Source of the DNA: Holophagae bacterium
Lineage (GTDB): Bacteria > Acidobacteriota > Thermoanaerobaculia > Thermoanaerobaculales > Sulfomarinibacteraceae
NCBI GenBank assembly: GCA_030618605.1
Contig: JAUXDC010000003.1
Location: 1 to 40,696 of the forward strand
DNA: 40,696 nt
Direction of reading: 5' to 3'
This document shows positions 1 to 10,017 of the stretch, in pieces (positions within the stretch are counted from its first letter, which is position 1; each line of letters begins with the position of its first letter). The position numbers and the translations under genes are program-made. The notes below the pieces were generated by a model. It was not told the origin of the DNA, ran no database searches, and saw only the letters and a list, made by a program, of their open reading frames with translations.

Positions 1-677
1 TACTGCTCCTCTATGTGAAGACGACCGTCGGGGACAACCGCCCCCTGGTCCGCAAGGGTTGCGAGGGCCTGTTGCGGATTGATGCCAAGTTGTGCCATCT
101 TGGCCCTCGACATCTCCACATACACAGCCTCGGTCTGCACGCCCCACAGCTCAACCGCGCCGACACCATCCTCGAGCAGAAGCTCCCGCCGCAAGAGCTT
201 TGCGTAGTCCTCGATCTCGGCCAGGCTGTAGCCGTCACCGGTGATGGCGAAGAGGCCACCATAGACGTCGCCCCAGTCATCGTTGACCACAGACCGTCCG
301 GCGCCGGGCGCCAGTGCTCTCTGAATGTCGCCGACCTTTCTACGCAGTTCGTCCCACGCCTGGGGAATCTTTTCCTGGTCGGTGTGTGAATAGAGGTCGA
401 CGATCACCAGGGAGAGGCCGGCCCGTGAGATCGATGTGACGTGCTCCACCTGGCCCATCGTTTGAATGGCTGTCTCCAGACGATCGGTGACCTCCAACTC
501 CACCTCTTCGGGCGAGGCGCCTGGGTAAGAGGTCTGGACGATGGCAGTGAAGATCGTGAACTCCGGATCCTCGAGCTGGCCGAGCCCCATGAAAGACACC
601 ACGCCCCCGATCGCGATGGCAGCCGTCAGCACCAGGGTGACGGTTTTTTTCTGAATGGCAAAACCTGCGATGTCCAT
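1..677 (-). CDS. RND efflux transporter permease subunit (AcrB/AcrD/AcrF family), 5' part only, runs off the window edge
   Basis: Absent from the ORF track because it has no stop in the window. Manual translation from ATG at 677 gives MDIAGFAIQKKTVTLVLTAAIAIGGVVSFMGLGQLEDPEFTIFTAIVQTSYPGASPEEVELEVTDRLE, a typical RND N-terminus (TM1 plus YPGASPEEVE). It lies directly downstream of the adaptor gene. Confidence 0.92.
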   Translation of the reverse strand, partial: MDIAGFAIQKKTVTLVLTAAIAIGGVVSFMGLGQLEDPEFTIFTAIVQTSYPGASPEEVELEVTDRLETAIQTMGQVEHVTSISRAGLSLVIVDLYSHTDQEKIPQAWDELRRKVGDIQRALAPGAGRSVVNDDWGDVYGGLFAITGDGYSLAEIEDYAKLLRRELLLEDGVGAVELWGVQTEAVYVEMSRAKMAQLGINPQQALATLADQGAVVPDGRLHIEEQ

Positions 678-680
678 GCT

Positions 681-1814
681 TTAGTCCTTCGAATCCAACG
701 AACGGACTCTCTGCCCCTCGGTGACGAAGTGCACACCAGCCGCCAGAATTTGGTCTGAGGCATCGAGACCCTCAACGATCTCCAGACCCGACTCGGTCAG
801 GGCGCCGGTGGTCACCGGAACCCTCGAGATCTTCATGGTGGCGGCATCGACTCGCCATACGGAAGTTTGCCCCGTGTCGTCTGCCACCACTGACCCGAGC
901 GGCACCACGAGCACCTTGTCATCGCCATTACCCTTTCCCGTCAACCATTGCACCGACGCTGTCATGCCGGGCAGGAGATCAGCCGAGGGTTCGCCTTCAA
1001 GCTCCAGAGTTACCGAAAAGGTCTGGGTCTGGGGATCGGTCTCGGTGGCGAACTCCTTGACCCGGGCGGGAATAGCTTCCCCTCCCTCCACAGCCTCAAA
1101 ACGCACCACTATGCCCTTCGGGGCTTTCCTGGTCAGCTCTGCCACTTCCCGTTCGGGAACGTCAATCAACACCTCGATGCCTTGTGCCCCCTGGAATTGA
1201 ACAACCGGCTGCCCGGCTGCCACCGTTTGGTAGGCCTCCACAAAGCGGTCCGCAACGGTTCCGGCATAAGGCGCCCTGAGTTCGGTGTCCGCGAGAGAGA
1301 GGCGTGCCGCCTTGAGGGCCTGCTCGGTCGCCTCCACCTGGGCCTGACCGACGTCGACGGCCGCCTTCGCCCGGTCGAAATCCGACTTCGATGCATTATC
1401 GTGCTCGAACAACCCACGCACCCGTTGATACTCCTCGCCGGCCTGGAGCTGCTGAGCACGGACCGCTGCCAACTGGGCCTCGAGATTCTTGACCTGAACC
1501 TCGTAGTCGCGGGGATCAATACGAGCCAGGAACTCACCTGCGACGACGCGCTGCCCTTTGCTGACGGAGACTTTGACCACCGGTCCCGCGACGCGGAAGG
1601 ACAGTGACACTCTCTGTGCAGCCTGGACACGCCCCGGGTAGGTACGGGCCGTTGAACCCTGCTGCCCAACCGTGATGATCTTGGCGGGCTTGATCAGCTC
1701 GCTCGTCTCCGTGTCCAGGGTTGAATCTTGACTACACCCAGTCGGTATCACCAAAGAAACAGCGGCCAGACCTCCGAGTCCAAGAGCGATTGCGTACCGT
1801 TTAATGTGGTTCAT
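681..1814 (-). CDS. RND efflux periplasmic adaptor (membrane fusion protein), probable lipoprotein
   Basis: Signal peptide with IPTGC lipobox-like motif, lipoyl-like halves (LSFRVAGPVVKVSVSKGQRV and LRAPYAGTV), a coiled-coil hairpin, and C-terminal GLDASDQILAAG. Confidence 0.93.
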   Translation of the reverse strand: MNHIKRYAIALGLGGLAAVSLVIPTGCSQDSTLDTETSELIKPAKIITVGQQGSTARTYPGRVQAAQRVSLSFRVAGPVVKVSVSKGQRVVAGEFLARIDPRDYEVQVKNLEAQLAAVRAQQLQAGEEYQRVRGLFEHDNASKSDFDRAKAAVDVGQAQVEATEQALKAARLSLADTELRAPYAGTVADRFVEAYQTVAAGQPVVQFQGAQGIEVLIDVPEREVAELTRKAPKGIVVRFEAVEGGEAIPARVKEFATETDPQTQTFSVTLELEGEPSADLLPGMTASVQWLTGKGNGDDKVLVVPLGSVVADDTGQTSVWRVDAATMKISRVPVTTGALTESGLEIVEGLDASDQILAAGVHFVTEGQRVRSLDSKD

Positions 1815-1888
1815 TTACGTATTTCTCCCGTGTTGTACTTTTCGTTCCCCGGAACAGAAAATGGCCGATCAAGGAATCGACCGGACGG

Positions 1889-2494
1889 TCAATCGGATTT
1901 GCGGAGCCCTCCGAGAATAATCTCCATCATCGTTGGAACAATCTCTTCGGCAGCTTGGAACTCTCCATTGAAGACCATCGATTCGATCATTGCGGTGACC
2001 GCACCGAGGAAGAGCTCACTGACCAACAGGGGAGAGAGGTTCTTGAATCCCTCGGCTGCGATGCCTTCATTGACAACGACCTTGATCGCCTCGAGAGCGC
2101 TGGTGCGCCGCCGCATCTGACACTCCCGTTTGGCGCCGGAGTGTTTGTTGGGAGTCAGAGCGATCACCAAGGCACGATCTTCGTAGATACCGGTGAATAT
2201 TGATTCCAAAATCTTGGTGAGCTTTTCTTCCGGCTGCCGATCACTCGCGGCGACCTCCTTGATGGCCGCCAGTAGCGGGCCGAAGGTCCTTTCCTCTACG
2301 TAGTCGAGAACGGCGTCTCGATCATCGAAGTAGTTGTAGAGGGTACCCCGTGAAACACCAACGTCGCTCGCGAGCCGTTCCATGGTCAGTGACCCCAACC
2401 CCTCATCCGTGATGATCTTCATCGCGTGCTCGTACACGGCGTCCTTCATCAGGATGTCGAGCGCTGCTTTCTGCTTCTCCGTGTATCGCGCCAT
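1889..2494 (-). CDS. TetR/AcrR family transcriptional regulator
   Basis: N-terminal HTH signature GLGSLTMERLASDVGVSRGTLYNYF. It is the first gene of the efflux operon. Confidence 0.93.
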   Translation of the reverse strand: MARYTEKQKAALDILMKDAVYEHAMKIITDEGLGSLTMERLASDVGVSRGTLYNYFDDRDAVLDYVEERTFGPLLAAIKEVAASDRQPEEKLTKILESIFTGIYEDRALVIALTPNKHSGAKRECQMRRRTSALEAIKVVVNEGIAAEGFKNLSPLLVSELFLGAVTAMIESMVFNGEFQAAEEIVPTMMEIILGGLRKSD

Positions 2495-2514
2495 GATGAG
2501 CTCCCTTCAACAAT

Positions 2515-2551
2515 GCGTCAGAATATAAACATGTCGTTTTTATTCTGACGC
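2515..2551. promoter_or_regulatory. Palindromic operator, probable TetR binding site
   Basis: GCGTCAGAATATAAAC-N5-GTTTTTATTCTGACGC is a near-perfect inverted repeat lying between the promoter and the tetR start. Confidence 0.75.
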
Positions 2552-2558
2552 TATGTGT

Positions 2559-2587
2559 AATTTAAATAAGAAAAAGGCGTATGTCAA
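2559..2587 (-). promoter_or_regulatory. Sigma70-type promoter of the tetR-RND operon
   Basis: Minus strand reads TTGACA-17 nt-TAAATT. Confidence 0.7.
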
Positions 2588-2681
2588 CCCCTCAGATGGA
2601 CCCCTCCGCGCAACAAGGCCGGAAGCTGGGACGTGCGCCTCCACGATTCCGCATCGTCTGACGGCAACGAAATCGCCTCGG

Positions 2682-3374
2682 TTACTTTCGTAGTTGAGTA
2701 GCGGCCGGCGCCTCTTCGTGAAGATCCTCGAGTCGGACCGCCACGTACTCCTGAAAGCCGTGGCGAAGGACGACAGACTCGTCAATGGTGAATCCCACGA
2801 GCAATCTCGCGAAAGGTGCGGGGTTGAGGGGGACGGAACGGGTGTCCAGTCGCCTGGTGGGGCGATACTCGAGGGTGTCGTGATTGCAGATGGTGAAGTC
2901 GAGCCCTCCAGCGCCGGCACGGTGGCCGGTGGCGACGATGGCGAAGAGGCGGGCGCCCGCGGGTGTCAGCCGAGCCAGGTGGGATGCGAGGTGACGGGCC
3001 GCGTCACCTTCGAGGTTGTCAAACACGTTCCAGACGAGAACCAGGTCGAACTGTTCTTTTTCGATTGACAGCAGTTCGTCAAAAAATGCCTTCGGTGCAA
3101 CTTCAAGTTGTACGGCATTCTCGGGTTCATCGGCAAGACGGCCGAGCAGGTCGACAATGTGCAGCCGGCACGGGTAACGGGAAAAGAAGGTGATATTCCC
3201 GGCAACGGCAGGGCCGAGGTCCAGAATTTTGCAAGGACGGTCTTCGTGGAGATGTGAAAGGGCCGCATCCAAGCCCGGCGAACGATGAATTTCGATCGTC
3301 GGCTCGTTTGAATCCCCTTCTATTTCCCGGGATGGCTCGACCTCATCTTTGGCAAAACGCCAGTGCATGACCAC
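2682..3374 (-). CDS. Class I SAM-dependent methyltransferase-like protein
   Basis: Motif I-like ILDLGPA, FDLVLVWNVFD and LTPAGARLF. Its start overlaps the bactofilin stop. Confidence 0.7.
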   Translation of the reverse strand: MVMHWRFAKDEVEPSREIEGDSNEPTIEIHRSPGLDAALSHLHEDRPCKILDLGPAVAGNITFFSRYPCRLHIVDLLGRLADEPENAVQLEVAPKAFFDELLSIEKEQFDLVLVWNVFDNLEGDAARHLASHLARLTPAGARLFAIVATGHRAGAGGLDFTICNHDTLEYRPTRRLDTRSVPLNPAPFARLLVGFTIDESVVLRHGFQEYVAVRLEDLHEEAPAATQLRK

Positions 3375-3946
3375 TACGGTTTCTTGCCGCCCGCCTTTGC
3401 CGCATTCGAAGAGTCGCTAGTCTGAGTCACCGGCGGTCGAAGGACCGAAGGCTGCTCGGCCGGGGGTCGAAGGACCGCAGAAGTGTCGGCGCCGGAATTC
3501 GCCTCCATGTCGATCGTGCCGCGAAAATTGGCCCCGTCCTCCAGCGCCACCCGAGGCGCCGTGATGTTGCCGCTAACTCGACAGGATGGACGGAGGATGA
3601 CTTGCTCTCCACCAAACAGATCACCCTCGACATGCCCCTGGACTGTGATTGTCCGACCGTGGACATCGGCCTTGACCCGACCTTCCGGGGTGATCGTGAC
3701 GTTGTGCTCCTTGAGGTTCACGGAGCCGTCGACCGTGCCCTGAATGTGCAGGTCTTCGTCGCCTGAGATGTCACCCTTGATCGTGATCGAACGTCCGATA
3801 TTGGCAGGGTCACCCGTGGTCCCCGTCCTCGCGGCCTCGCTCCGTACGAACGTTTTGGGTTCGGCCTTCCGGTCGACCGGCCTGGTGCTTTCGGTCTGGC
3901 TCTGGGTTGCTGTTTCGGTGCCTTGGGACTCGTCTTTCTTCCACAT
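3374..3946 (-). CDS. Bactofilin (polymer-forming cytoskeletal protein)
   Basis: Beta-helix repeats IGRSITIKGDISGDEDLHIQGTVDGSV...VSGNITAPRVALEDGANFRGTIDM. The start at MWKKDE fits the membrane-targeting N-terminus seen in bactofilins. Confidence 0.92.
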   Translation of the reverse strand: MWKKDESQGTETATQSQTESTRPVDRKAEPKTFVRSEAARTGTTGDPANIGRSITIKGDISGDEDLHIQGTVDGSVNLKEHNVTITPEGRVKADVHGRTITVQGHVEGDLFGGEQVILRPSCRVSGNITAPRVALEDGANFRGTIDMEANSGADTSAVLRPPAEQPSVLRPPVTQTSDSSNAAKAGGKKP

Positions 3947-4131
3947 AGGTGCCCCCGTTGTATTTTCCAACCCAACGTACAACAAATCTGTCCGTCAACG
4001 ACTCTCCGGCATCACTCATTTCGGGTCCTTCAGGGTCAACTGTGCGCACGGTCACGAATCACCCTCGTTTGCGCGAAGGTGTATTCTCTATTGAAGCGGC
4101 ATCGGCGCCTCGGGCCGGCCCGCAGCAAACG

Positions 4132-6330
4132 ATGCGCAAATTGCACTTCTCATCTCTTCTGCTTACCGGTTTATTGATGCTGGCGGCAGGTCTCGTTCAT
4201 GTGGCGCCGGCAACGGCCCAGGTGACTCCTCCCGTGATCGAAAGTCCGATCACCGAAGGTACGATCAGAATTGACGGTCTTCTTGACGAGGCCGCATGGC
4301 GCGGTGCAGGTGTGATCTCAGAGCTGGCACAGCAGGACCCCCACCCTGGGGAATTGACGCCTTATCACACCGAAGTCCGAATCCTGGTTGATCAGCACTC
4401 TCTCTACGTGGCCTTCATCTGCCACGACCCTGAGCCGACAGGGATTGCCGTCCACACCATGCAGCGGGACGGAAATCTCTACGGGGATGACACCGTGGCG
4501 GTCGTTTTGGATACCACGGGAGATGGACGCCGGGGCTACCTCTTCCGGGTCAATTCTGCGGGCGCCCGGTTGGACGGGCTGATCGCGGGGCCTGAATCCT
4601 TCTCCGCCGACTGGGACGGGATCTGGGATGCCCGAACCCGGCGCACCCCGGATGGGTGGACGGCTGAAATACGGATTCCGGCACAGACGCTTCGTTTCAC
4701 CTGGGGATTGGACCGCTGGGGCTTCAATGTGGAACGCTTCATCGCCCGTGAGAGGATGACCCTTCGCTGGTCCAGCCCTACGCTGGATTCCCGCCTGGTG
4801 GACCTTCAGCGTGCCGGGGTCTTGGCCGGGGTGGGAGATCTTCGCCAGGGACTGGGCCTCAGCATCAGCCCCTTCGGCCTGATCCGGTCGGAGCGTGATC
4901 TCGAGGCAGACGAGACAACCTTCGAAGGTGATGCCGGAGGGGACATTACCTGGAACGTGACCCGAGACCTGACGAGTTACTTGACGATCAATACCGATTT
5001 CGCCGAGACGGAGGTGGATACCCGCCAGATCAATTTGACGCGCTTCCCCCTCTTTTTCCCCGAGAAGCGCTCTTTCTTTCTGGAGGGCTCGGACCTCTTC
5101 GAATTCGGCCTCGGCTCAGGCCACGAGTTCATCCCTTTCTTCTCACGACGGGTGGGTCTTTTCGAGGGCGAACAAATTCCCATCCTTGCAGGGGTGAAGG
5201 TCCTGGGGCGAATCGGTCCGTGGAGCGTCGGGTTGCTGGACACCGTGATGGATGAAACCGGCGGAACCGACACGACCAATCTCTTCGCCGGCAGGGTGAC
5301 CTACGATGTCAACGAGCACCTGACGGTTGGAACGATCGTCACCGACGGTGACCCCGAGGGGGCTCGGGACAACACTCTGGTGGGGCTGGACGCCGTGTGG
5401 CGCACCTCTACCTTCATGGGTGACAAAAATTTCTCAGTCGGCGCCTGGGCCGCTTCGAGCCAGGGAGATCTCGCCGACGGCTCCCGGACAGGGTGGGGGC
5501 TCAAAGTGGACTATCCCAACGATCTCTGGGACGTCTTTTTGATCGTCAAGGAGTTTGGTGATGCCCTGGATCCGGCGCTGGGTTTCCTGCCCCGCCCCGG
5601 AACGCGGTGGTATCAGGGAGGTGGCTCCTACCAACCTCGGCCGGCCTCAGATGGTGCTTTCGGCTGGGCCCGGCAGTTCTATTTCGAGCTCTACAATACA
5701 TACGTGACGGACCTTGACGGGAATGTCGAGTCCTGGAGGGTCTTCACCGCGCCCCTCAACGTGCAACTGGAAAGCGGCGAACACCTGGAAGCCAACGTCG
5801 TACCGCAGTTCGAATATCTGGCCGAACCCTTCGAGGTGGCCGACGGGGTCGTGATCCCAGGTGGCGCATACCACTTCACCCGCTACCGCGTGGAGGCACA
5901 GACCTCCAGGCATCGGTCCTGGCGGGTAGGCGCCGAGTATTGGTTTGGCGATTTCTTCACCGGAGACTTGGAGCAGTTGGAGGCGTTCGTATCGTGGACA
6001 TCCCCCTCCGGCCGACTCCAGACGGAAGTGACCGCGGAAAACAACTTCGGCCATTTGCCGGAAGGTGATTTCATCCAGCGCCTCTGGCAGTTCAAGCTGG
6101 TCTGGGCCTTCACGCCGGACCTGATTCTTTCCAGCTACTCTCAGTACGACTCCGAGTCCCGGGAAGTCGGCGTGAACAACCGGTTTCGGTGGACGATCCG
6201 GCCCGGTCGGGACCTCTTCGTCGTGTGGAATCATGGATGGAAGCGCCCGGTGGGGACGCGGGGAGACTGGTCCTTGAATCCGGTCGATGACAGCCTGGTG
6301 GTCAAACTGAGGTGGACCTGGCGATGGTAA
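4132..6330 (+). CDS. CBM9-like sugar-binding domain plus DUF5916 protein, probable outer-membrane beta-barrel
   Basis: Signal peptide from MRKLHF, IDGLLDEAAW...WTAEIRIP (CBM9-like), TINTDFAETEVD...RFPLFFPEKRSFFLEG (DUF5916), and an aromatic C-terminus LRWTWRW. The start was chosen by the signal peptide. Confidence 0.82.
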   Translation: MRKLHFSSLLLTGLLMLAAGLVHVAPATAQVTPPVIESPITEGTIRIDGLLDEAAWRGAGVISELAQQDPHPGELTPYHTEVRILVDQHSLYVAFICHDPEPTGIAVHTMQRDGNLYGDDTVAVVLDTTGDGRRGYLFRVNSAGARLDGLIAGPESFSADWDGIWDARTRRTPDGWTAEIRIPAQTLRFTWGLDRWGFNVERFIARERMTLRWSSPTLDSRLVDLQRAGVLAGVGDLRQGLGLSISPFGLIRSERDLEADETTFEGDAGGDITWNVTRDLTSYLTINTDFAETEVDTRQINLTRFPLFFPEKRSFFLEGSDLFEFGLGSGHEFIPFFSRRVGLFEGEQIPILAGVKVLGRIGPWSVGLLDTVMDETGGTDTTNLFAGRVTYDVNEHLTVGTIVTDGDPEGARDNTLVGLDAVWRTSTFMGDKNFSVGAWAASSQGDLADGSRTGWGLKVDYPNDLWDVFLIVKEFGDALDPALGFLPRPGTRWYQGGGSYQPRPASDGAFGWARQFYFELYNTYVTDLDGNVESWRVFTAPLNVQLESGEHLEANVVPQFEYLAEPFEVADGVVIPGGAYHFTRYRVEAQTSRHRSWRVGAEYWFGDFFTGDLEQLEAFVSWTSPSGRLQTEVTAENNFGHLPEGDFIQRLWQFKLVWAFTPDLILSSYSQYDSESREVGVNNRFRWTIRPGRDLFVVWNHGWKRPVGTRGDWSLNPVDDSLVVKLRWTWRW

Positions 6331-6369
6331 AGCAGTTCATAATGGAACTGAATTTCTGGGGAGGAGCTG

Positions 6370-7365
6370 ATGGGGCTGTTTAACCGGCTGTTGAAACCAA
6401 ATATCACCAAGCTCGAGAGCCACGGAGATGTCGAGGCTTTGGCAAAACTGGTGGAGTCCGATGATCGTCGGGATCTCCGCTGTACCGCAATCGAGGCCTT
6501 GGCCAGAATTGGTGGTCCCGCTGCCGCAGAGCCCTTAGTCAGGGCTCTTTCCGATGACGATTCGGACGTTGCCCGGATAGCGAAAAAGGTGATTGCCGGC
6601 CTTGGTCTTGAATCGGGAACTTGGCTGATTGGGGCGTTGGGCGGTCCAGGAGGCGATGCTGCCAAGGACCTTCTCTTGAATCTCGGCCCTGAGGCCGTCA
6701 AATTGTTACGCGGCGCCTGCTCCGATCAGGACGAGGCAATCAGGCTTCAAGCCCTCGGCGCCCTGGTCGATCTGGACGCCGGACTGAACAATGACGAGGT
6801 CCGAGAGAGCCTCTTCAGAGCCCTGCTCGCCGCTCTGGGTGACCGATCGGCTGGCTGCCGGGTGCTCGCAGCAACACGGCTCGAGACCCTGGGTAATGCC
6901 AAAGCGGGCCGCGCTCTCGCCTCACAACTCAAGGACGGGGACGACGCTGTGCGCACCGCCTGCCGGCAAGCCCTGTTGGCGATCGGTGAGCCGGCGGTGC
7001 CGTACCTTCTCGACGCCCTCCAAGATCGCAACATGAACTCCCGGCGGCTCGCCGCCGAGCTGCTCGGTGAGGTCTGCGGCGGTGAAGCCGCCGTCGACAG
7101 CCGGAGGGTTGCCCTGTTGGGGCTGATCGACCGAGCCTCGGACTCCAATGCCGAACTCGCTGCGGCCGTACATTCGGCTCTCGAGATGATTCCCAGTGAC
7201 GCAGTGATCGCCGAACAGCTCGAGTGGCTGGCCGACCAGGAACGCTCCGATCACGAGGATATTGAGGAATTCCTCACACAGATGCTGGCGCACGGTGGAC
7301 TCAGACCGGAGTTCAAGAATCGAATCGTCGAGAGGATGAATGCCCTTGGATGCCACCTTGGGTAG
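6370..7365 (+). CDS. HEAT/PBS-lyase repeat protein
   Basis: Repeated LxDxxxxVRxxAxxAL units. RBS GGAGGAG upstream. Confidence 0.85.
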   Translation: MGLFNRLLKPNITKLESHGDVEALAKLVESDDRRDLRCTAIEALARIGGPAAAEPLVRALSDDDSDVARIAKKVIAGLGLESGTWLIGALGGPGGDAAKDLLLNLGPEAVKLLRGACSDQDEAIRLQALGALVDLDAGLNNDEVRESLFRALLAALGDRSAGCRVLAATRLETLGNAKAGRALASQLKDGDDAVRTACRQALLAIGEPAVPYLLDALQDRNMNSRRLAAELLGEVCGGEAAVDSRRVALLGLIDRASDSNAELAAAVHSALEMIPSDAVIAEQLEWLADQERSDHEDIEEFLTQMLAHGGLRPEFKNRIVERMNALGCHLG

Positions 7366-7428
7366 GACATCGTTGGTCAGAGTCTGAGATTTAGCATCTC
7401 CCGAGACACGGTTTTACAGATCGGCACT

Positions 7429-8242
7429 TTTTCCGAGCACGAGGCGGAGTTGGTGGCCAAACTGCCCATCCGACCGTTCACTGCCGAAAGGGCAGCCAAG
7501 ACGTGGAAAATGCCCGTCGCTTCGGCAAAGGCGAAACTCAGCTCGGCAGGATATTCGTGTCCGAAGAATCGCTGTCGTCGGACCCCGCTCTCGAGGTGCT
7601 CACCTACGAACGGGCCAGTCAGGTCATCGAAACCGCCACCCACATCGGTGTGGGGCTCTGCTACTGCCGGCACAAGATGGAACACCTCGACCGCGCCTGT
7701 TCGGCCCCCATGGACATCTGCATGACCTTCAATACATCCGCTGCCTCTCTGACCCGACACGGGATCGCACGCACGGTTGATGCCGTTGAGTGCCTCGACT
7801 TGTTGCAGGAGGCGCGTGATCACGGACTCGTTCAGTTCGGCGAAAACGTGCAACGCCACGTCAATTTCATTTGTAATTGCTGGGGTTGCTGCTGTGAAGC
7901 GATGAGCCTGGTATCCGCCAACGATCCCCTGAAGCCCAAGCGCAAAACTCTCAGACTGCATGAAGATCTGTGTCTCGGTTGCGGCGTCTGCGTACCGGCG
8001 TGCCCCACGAATGCCATCAGGCTCAAGACCCGCGACCGGAGAGTGATTACCCCGGTCGACTCCACCCGCCGGACGGTGGCCATGGCTGTCGAACGGGGGA
8101 CCCTGCAGCACCTGATCTTCGACAACCACGGCTTGGCGAGTCACCGCGTGATGGCCGCAGTGCTCGGCACAATCCTTCGCCTGCCGCCGGCCAACTGGGG
8201 TCACGCTACCTGGACAAACTGATCGAGCGGAAGACCCACTGA
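7429..8242 (+). pseudogene. Fragmented 4Fe-4S dicluster-domain protein
   Basis: Family-like segments lie in different frames: FSEHEAELVAKLPIRPFTAERAAKTWKM, then GETQLGRIFV...CYCRH...FICNCWGCCCEAM...CLGCGVCVPACP, then QLGSRYLDKLIE. There is no good start or RBS and only one ferredoxin motif remains. Confidence 0.7.
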
Positions 8243-8383
8243 GAGACAGCGTGATTCATTGTCTTGTTGAATACGAACCCGCCACATCTCAAACTGGAAC
8301 GGGAATTGCCATAGCCCCACCCAGGTTTACTGAGACCAGTAACCTGTTGGATCCACGATTCATATCCCTCATGAGGAGGATAC

Positions 8384-8953
8384 ATGTTCACGAAAATCCT
8401 GTTGATCGCACTGACACTCATCACCACGACGCTTCCCCTCGAGGCAGCCGAGCAGAGGCTGGAACTGGATCTCGACTCAACCGCCGTGACCTTCACCCTC
8501 GGCAGCACGATGCACACTGTTGAAGGCATCATGTACCTCTCGGAGGGCACGATTCTCTTCGACCTCGAAAACGGCTCGGCCTCGGGCCGGGTGGTTTTCA
8601 ACGCCACTTTGACCGAGACGGGCAACGCCAAACGCGACAAGAAGATGCACAAGAAGGTCCTTGAGAGCAATGCTTTCCCCGAGATCATCTTCACGCCCGA
8701 GACAATCGAGGGCGCACTGACCGAGAACGGCAGCAACGATCTCACTCTTCGCGGCACGGTCTCGATCCACGGCTCGAAACACCAGGTGACGCTGAAGGCC
8801 CAGGTCACACGAGAGGGCCAGGAGATTTCAGCCGCATCGGCACTGACAATCCCCTTCGTTGACTGGGGTATGCACGATCCCAGCGTTTTCGTCTTCCGCA
8901 CCGACAAGTCGGTCGAGGTCTCGCTTCAGATCCACGGTACCCTGGACAACTGA
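8384..8953 (+). CDS. YceI family lipid/polyisoprenoid-binding protein, secreted
   Basis: Signal peptide, STMHTVEG, TGNAKRDKKMH...LESNAFPEIIF and GTVSIHG. RBS GAGGAGG. Confidence 0.88.
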   Translation: MFTKILLIALTLITTTLPLEAAEQRLELDLDSTAVTFTLGSTMHTVEGIMYLSEGTILFDLENGSASGRVVFNATLTETGNAKRDKKMHKKVLESNAFPEIIFTPETIEGALTENGSNDLTLRGTVSIHGSKHQVTLKAQVTREGQEISAASALTIPFVDWGMHDPSVFVFRTDKSVEVSLQIHGTLDN

Positions 8954-8967
8954 GTCTGGAGATCGAA

Positions 8968-10017
8968 TTGAAAATAGCTTCTGTCGGGAGCGCACTCCCA
9001 CCTCATTTCTACGACCAGGAGACGCTCCTGGCCGCTCTGCGGACAAACTGGTCAGAACGCCACCACAATATCGATCGACTGGAGGCCCTCCATCGCAACG
9101 TCCTGGTCGGCGGACGCCATCTTGCCCTGCGGATCGAGGAATACGACACTCTCAAGACCTGGGGCGATGCCAACGACGCCTGGACACGGGTCGCCCAGGA
9201 TGTAGGAGAAACGGCGATCCGAAGGGCGTTGGGAAAGGCCGGACTCGGGTTCGATGACGTCGATGCCTTGATCTTCGTCACCGTCACCGGCGTGGCCACA
9301 CCTTCTATCGACGCCCGCTTGATGAACCGACTTCACCTGCCGCCACGCGTCAAACGAATGCCGATCTTCGGCCTCGGCTGTGTCGCCGGGGCGGCGGGAG
9401 TGGCCCGAGCTGCCGATTACGTGCGAGCCTATCCCGACCAGGTGGCGGTCCTCTTGTCGGTTGAGCTATGTTCTTTGACGCTTCAACGACAGGATCTCTC
9501 AATCCCCAACCTGATCGCTTCCGGGCTGTTCGGTGACGGCGCCGCCGCCGCGGTCATCGTTGGCGCGGAACGACAGGCCGACGGTCCGCAGATCATCGAC
9601 TCTCGCTCCATCTTCTATCCCGACAGTGAAGAGGTGATGGGCTGGGATATTTCGGAGTCCGGGTTCAAGATCGTTCTTTCCGCCGGCGTGCCCGAGGTGG
9701 TCAAACACTATCTGGGTCGGGACGTCGATCAATTCCTCAGTGACCACGGCCTGAGCCGCTCAGATATTCGATCCTGGGTTTCTCATCCCGGAGGCCCCAA
9801 GGTGCTGACGGCCATGGAGGAAGCGCTGGATTTGCCCGATGGGGCCCTGGATGTCACCTGGAACAGCCTGCGATCAGTGGGCAACCTCAGCTCAACCTCG
9901 GTCCTGATGGTCCTGGAAGACACGATGAGAGACCACCGTCCCGAGCCCGGGAGCCTGGGTTTGATGTTGGCAATGGGCCCGGGTTTTTGCTCCGAACTGG
10001 TGCTGCTGCGATGGTAG
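8968..10017 (+). CDS. Type III polyketide synthase (SrsA/BpsA/FtpA-like)
   Basis: Catalytic triad motifs FGLGCVAG (Cys), SHPGGPKV (His) and VGNLSS (Asn), plus VELCSLT, LFGDGAAA and AMGPGF. Confidence 0.95.
   Translation: MKIASVGSALPPHFYDQETLLAALRTNWSERHHNIDRLEALHRNVLVGGRHLALRIEEYDTLKTWGDANDAWTRVAQDVGETAIRRALGKAGLGFDDVDALIFVTVTGVATPSIDARLMNRLHLPPRVKRMPIFGLGCVAGAAGVARAADYVRAYPDQVAVLLSVELCSLTLQRQDLSIPNLIASGLFGDGAAAAVIVGAERQADGPQIIDSRSIFYPDSEEVMGWDISESGFKIVLSAGVPEVVKHYLGRDVDQFLSDHGLSRSDIRSWVSHPGGPKVLTAMEEALDLPDGALDVTWNSLRSVGNLSSTSVLMVLEDTMRDHRPEPGSLGLMLAMGPGFCSELVLLRW

Noticed and set aside
3430-3480. Direct repeat GGTCGAAGGACCG within the bactofilin gene
   Set aside because: It encodes a duplicated VLRPP peptide in a disordered tail and gives no sign of a separate element.
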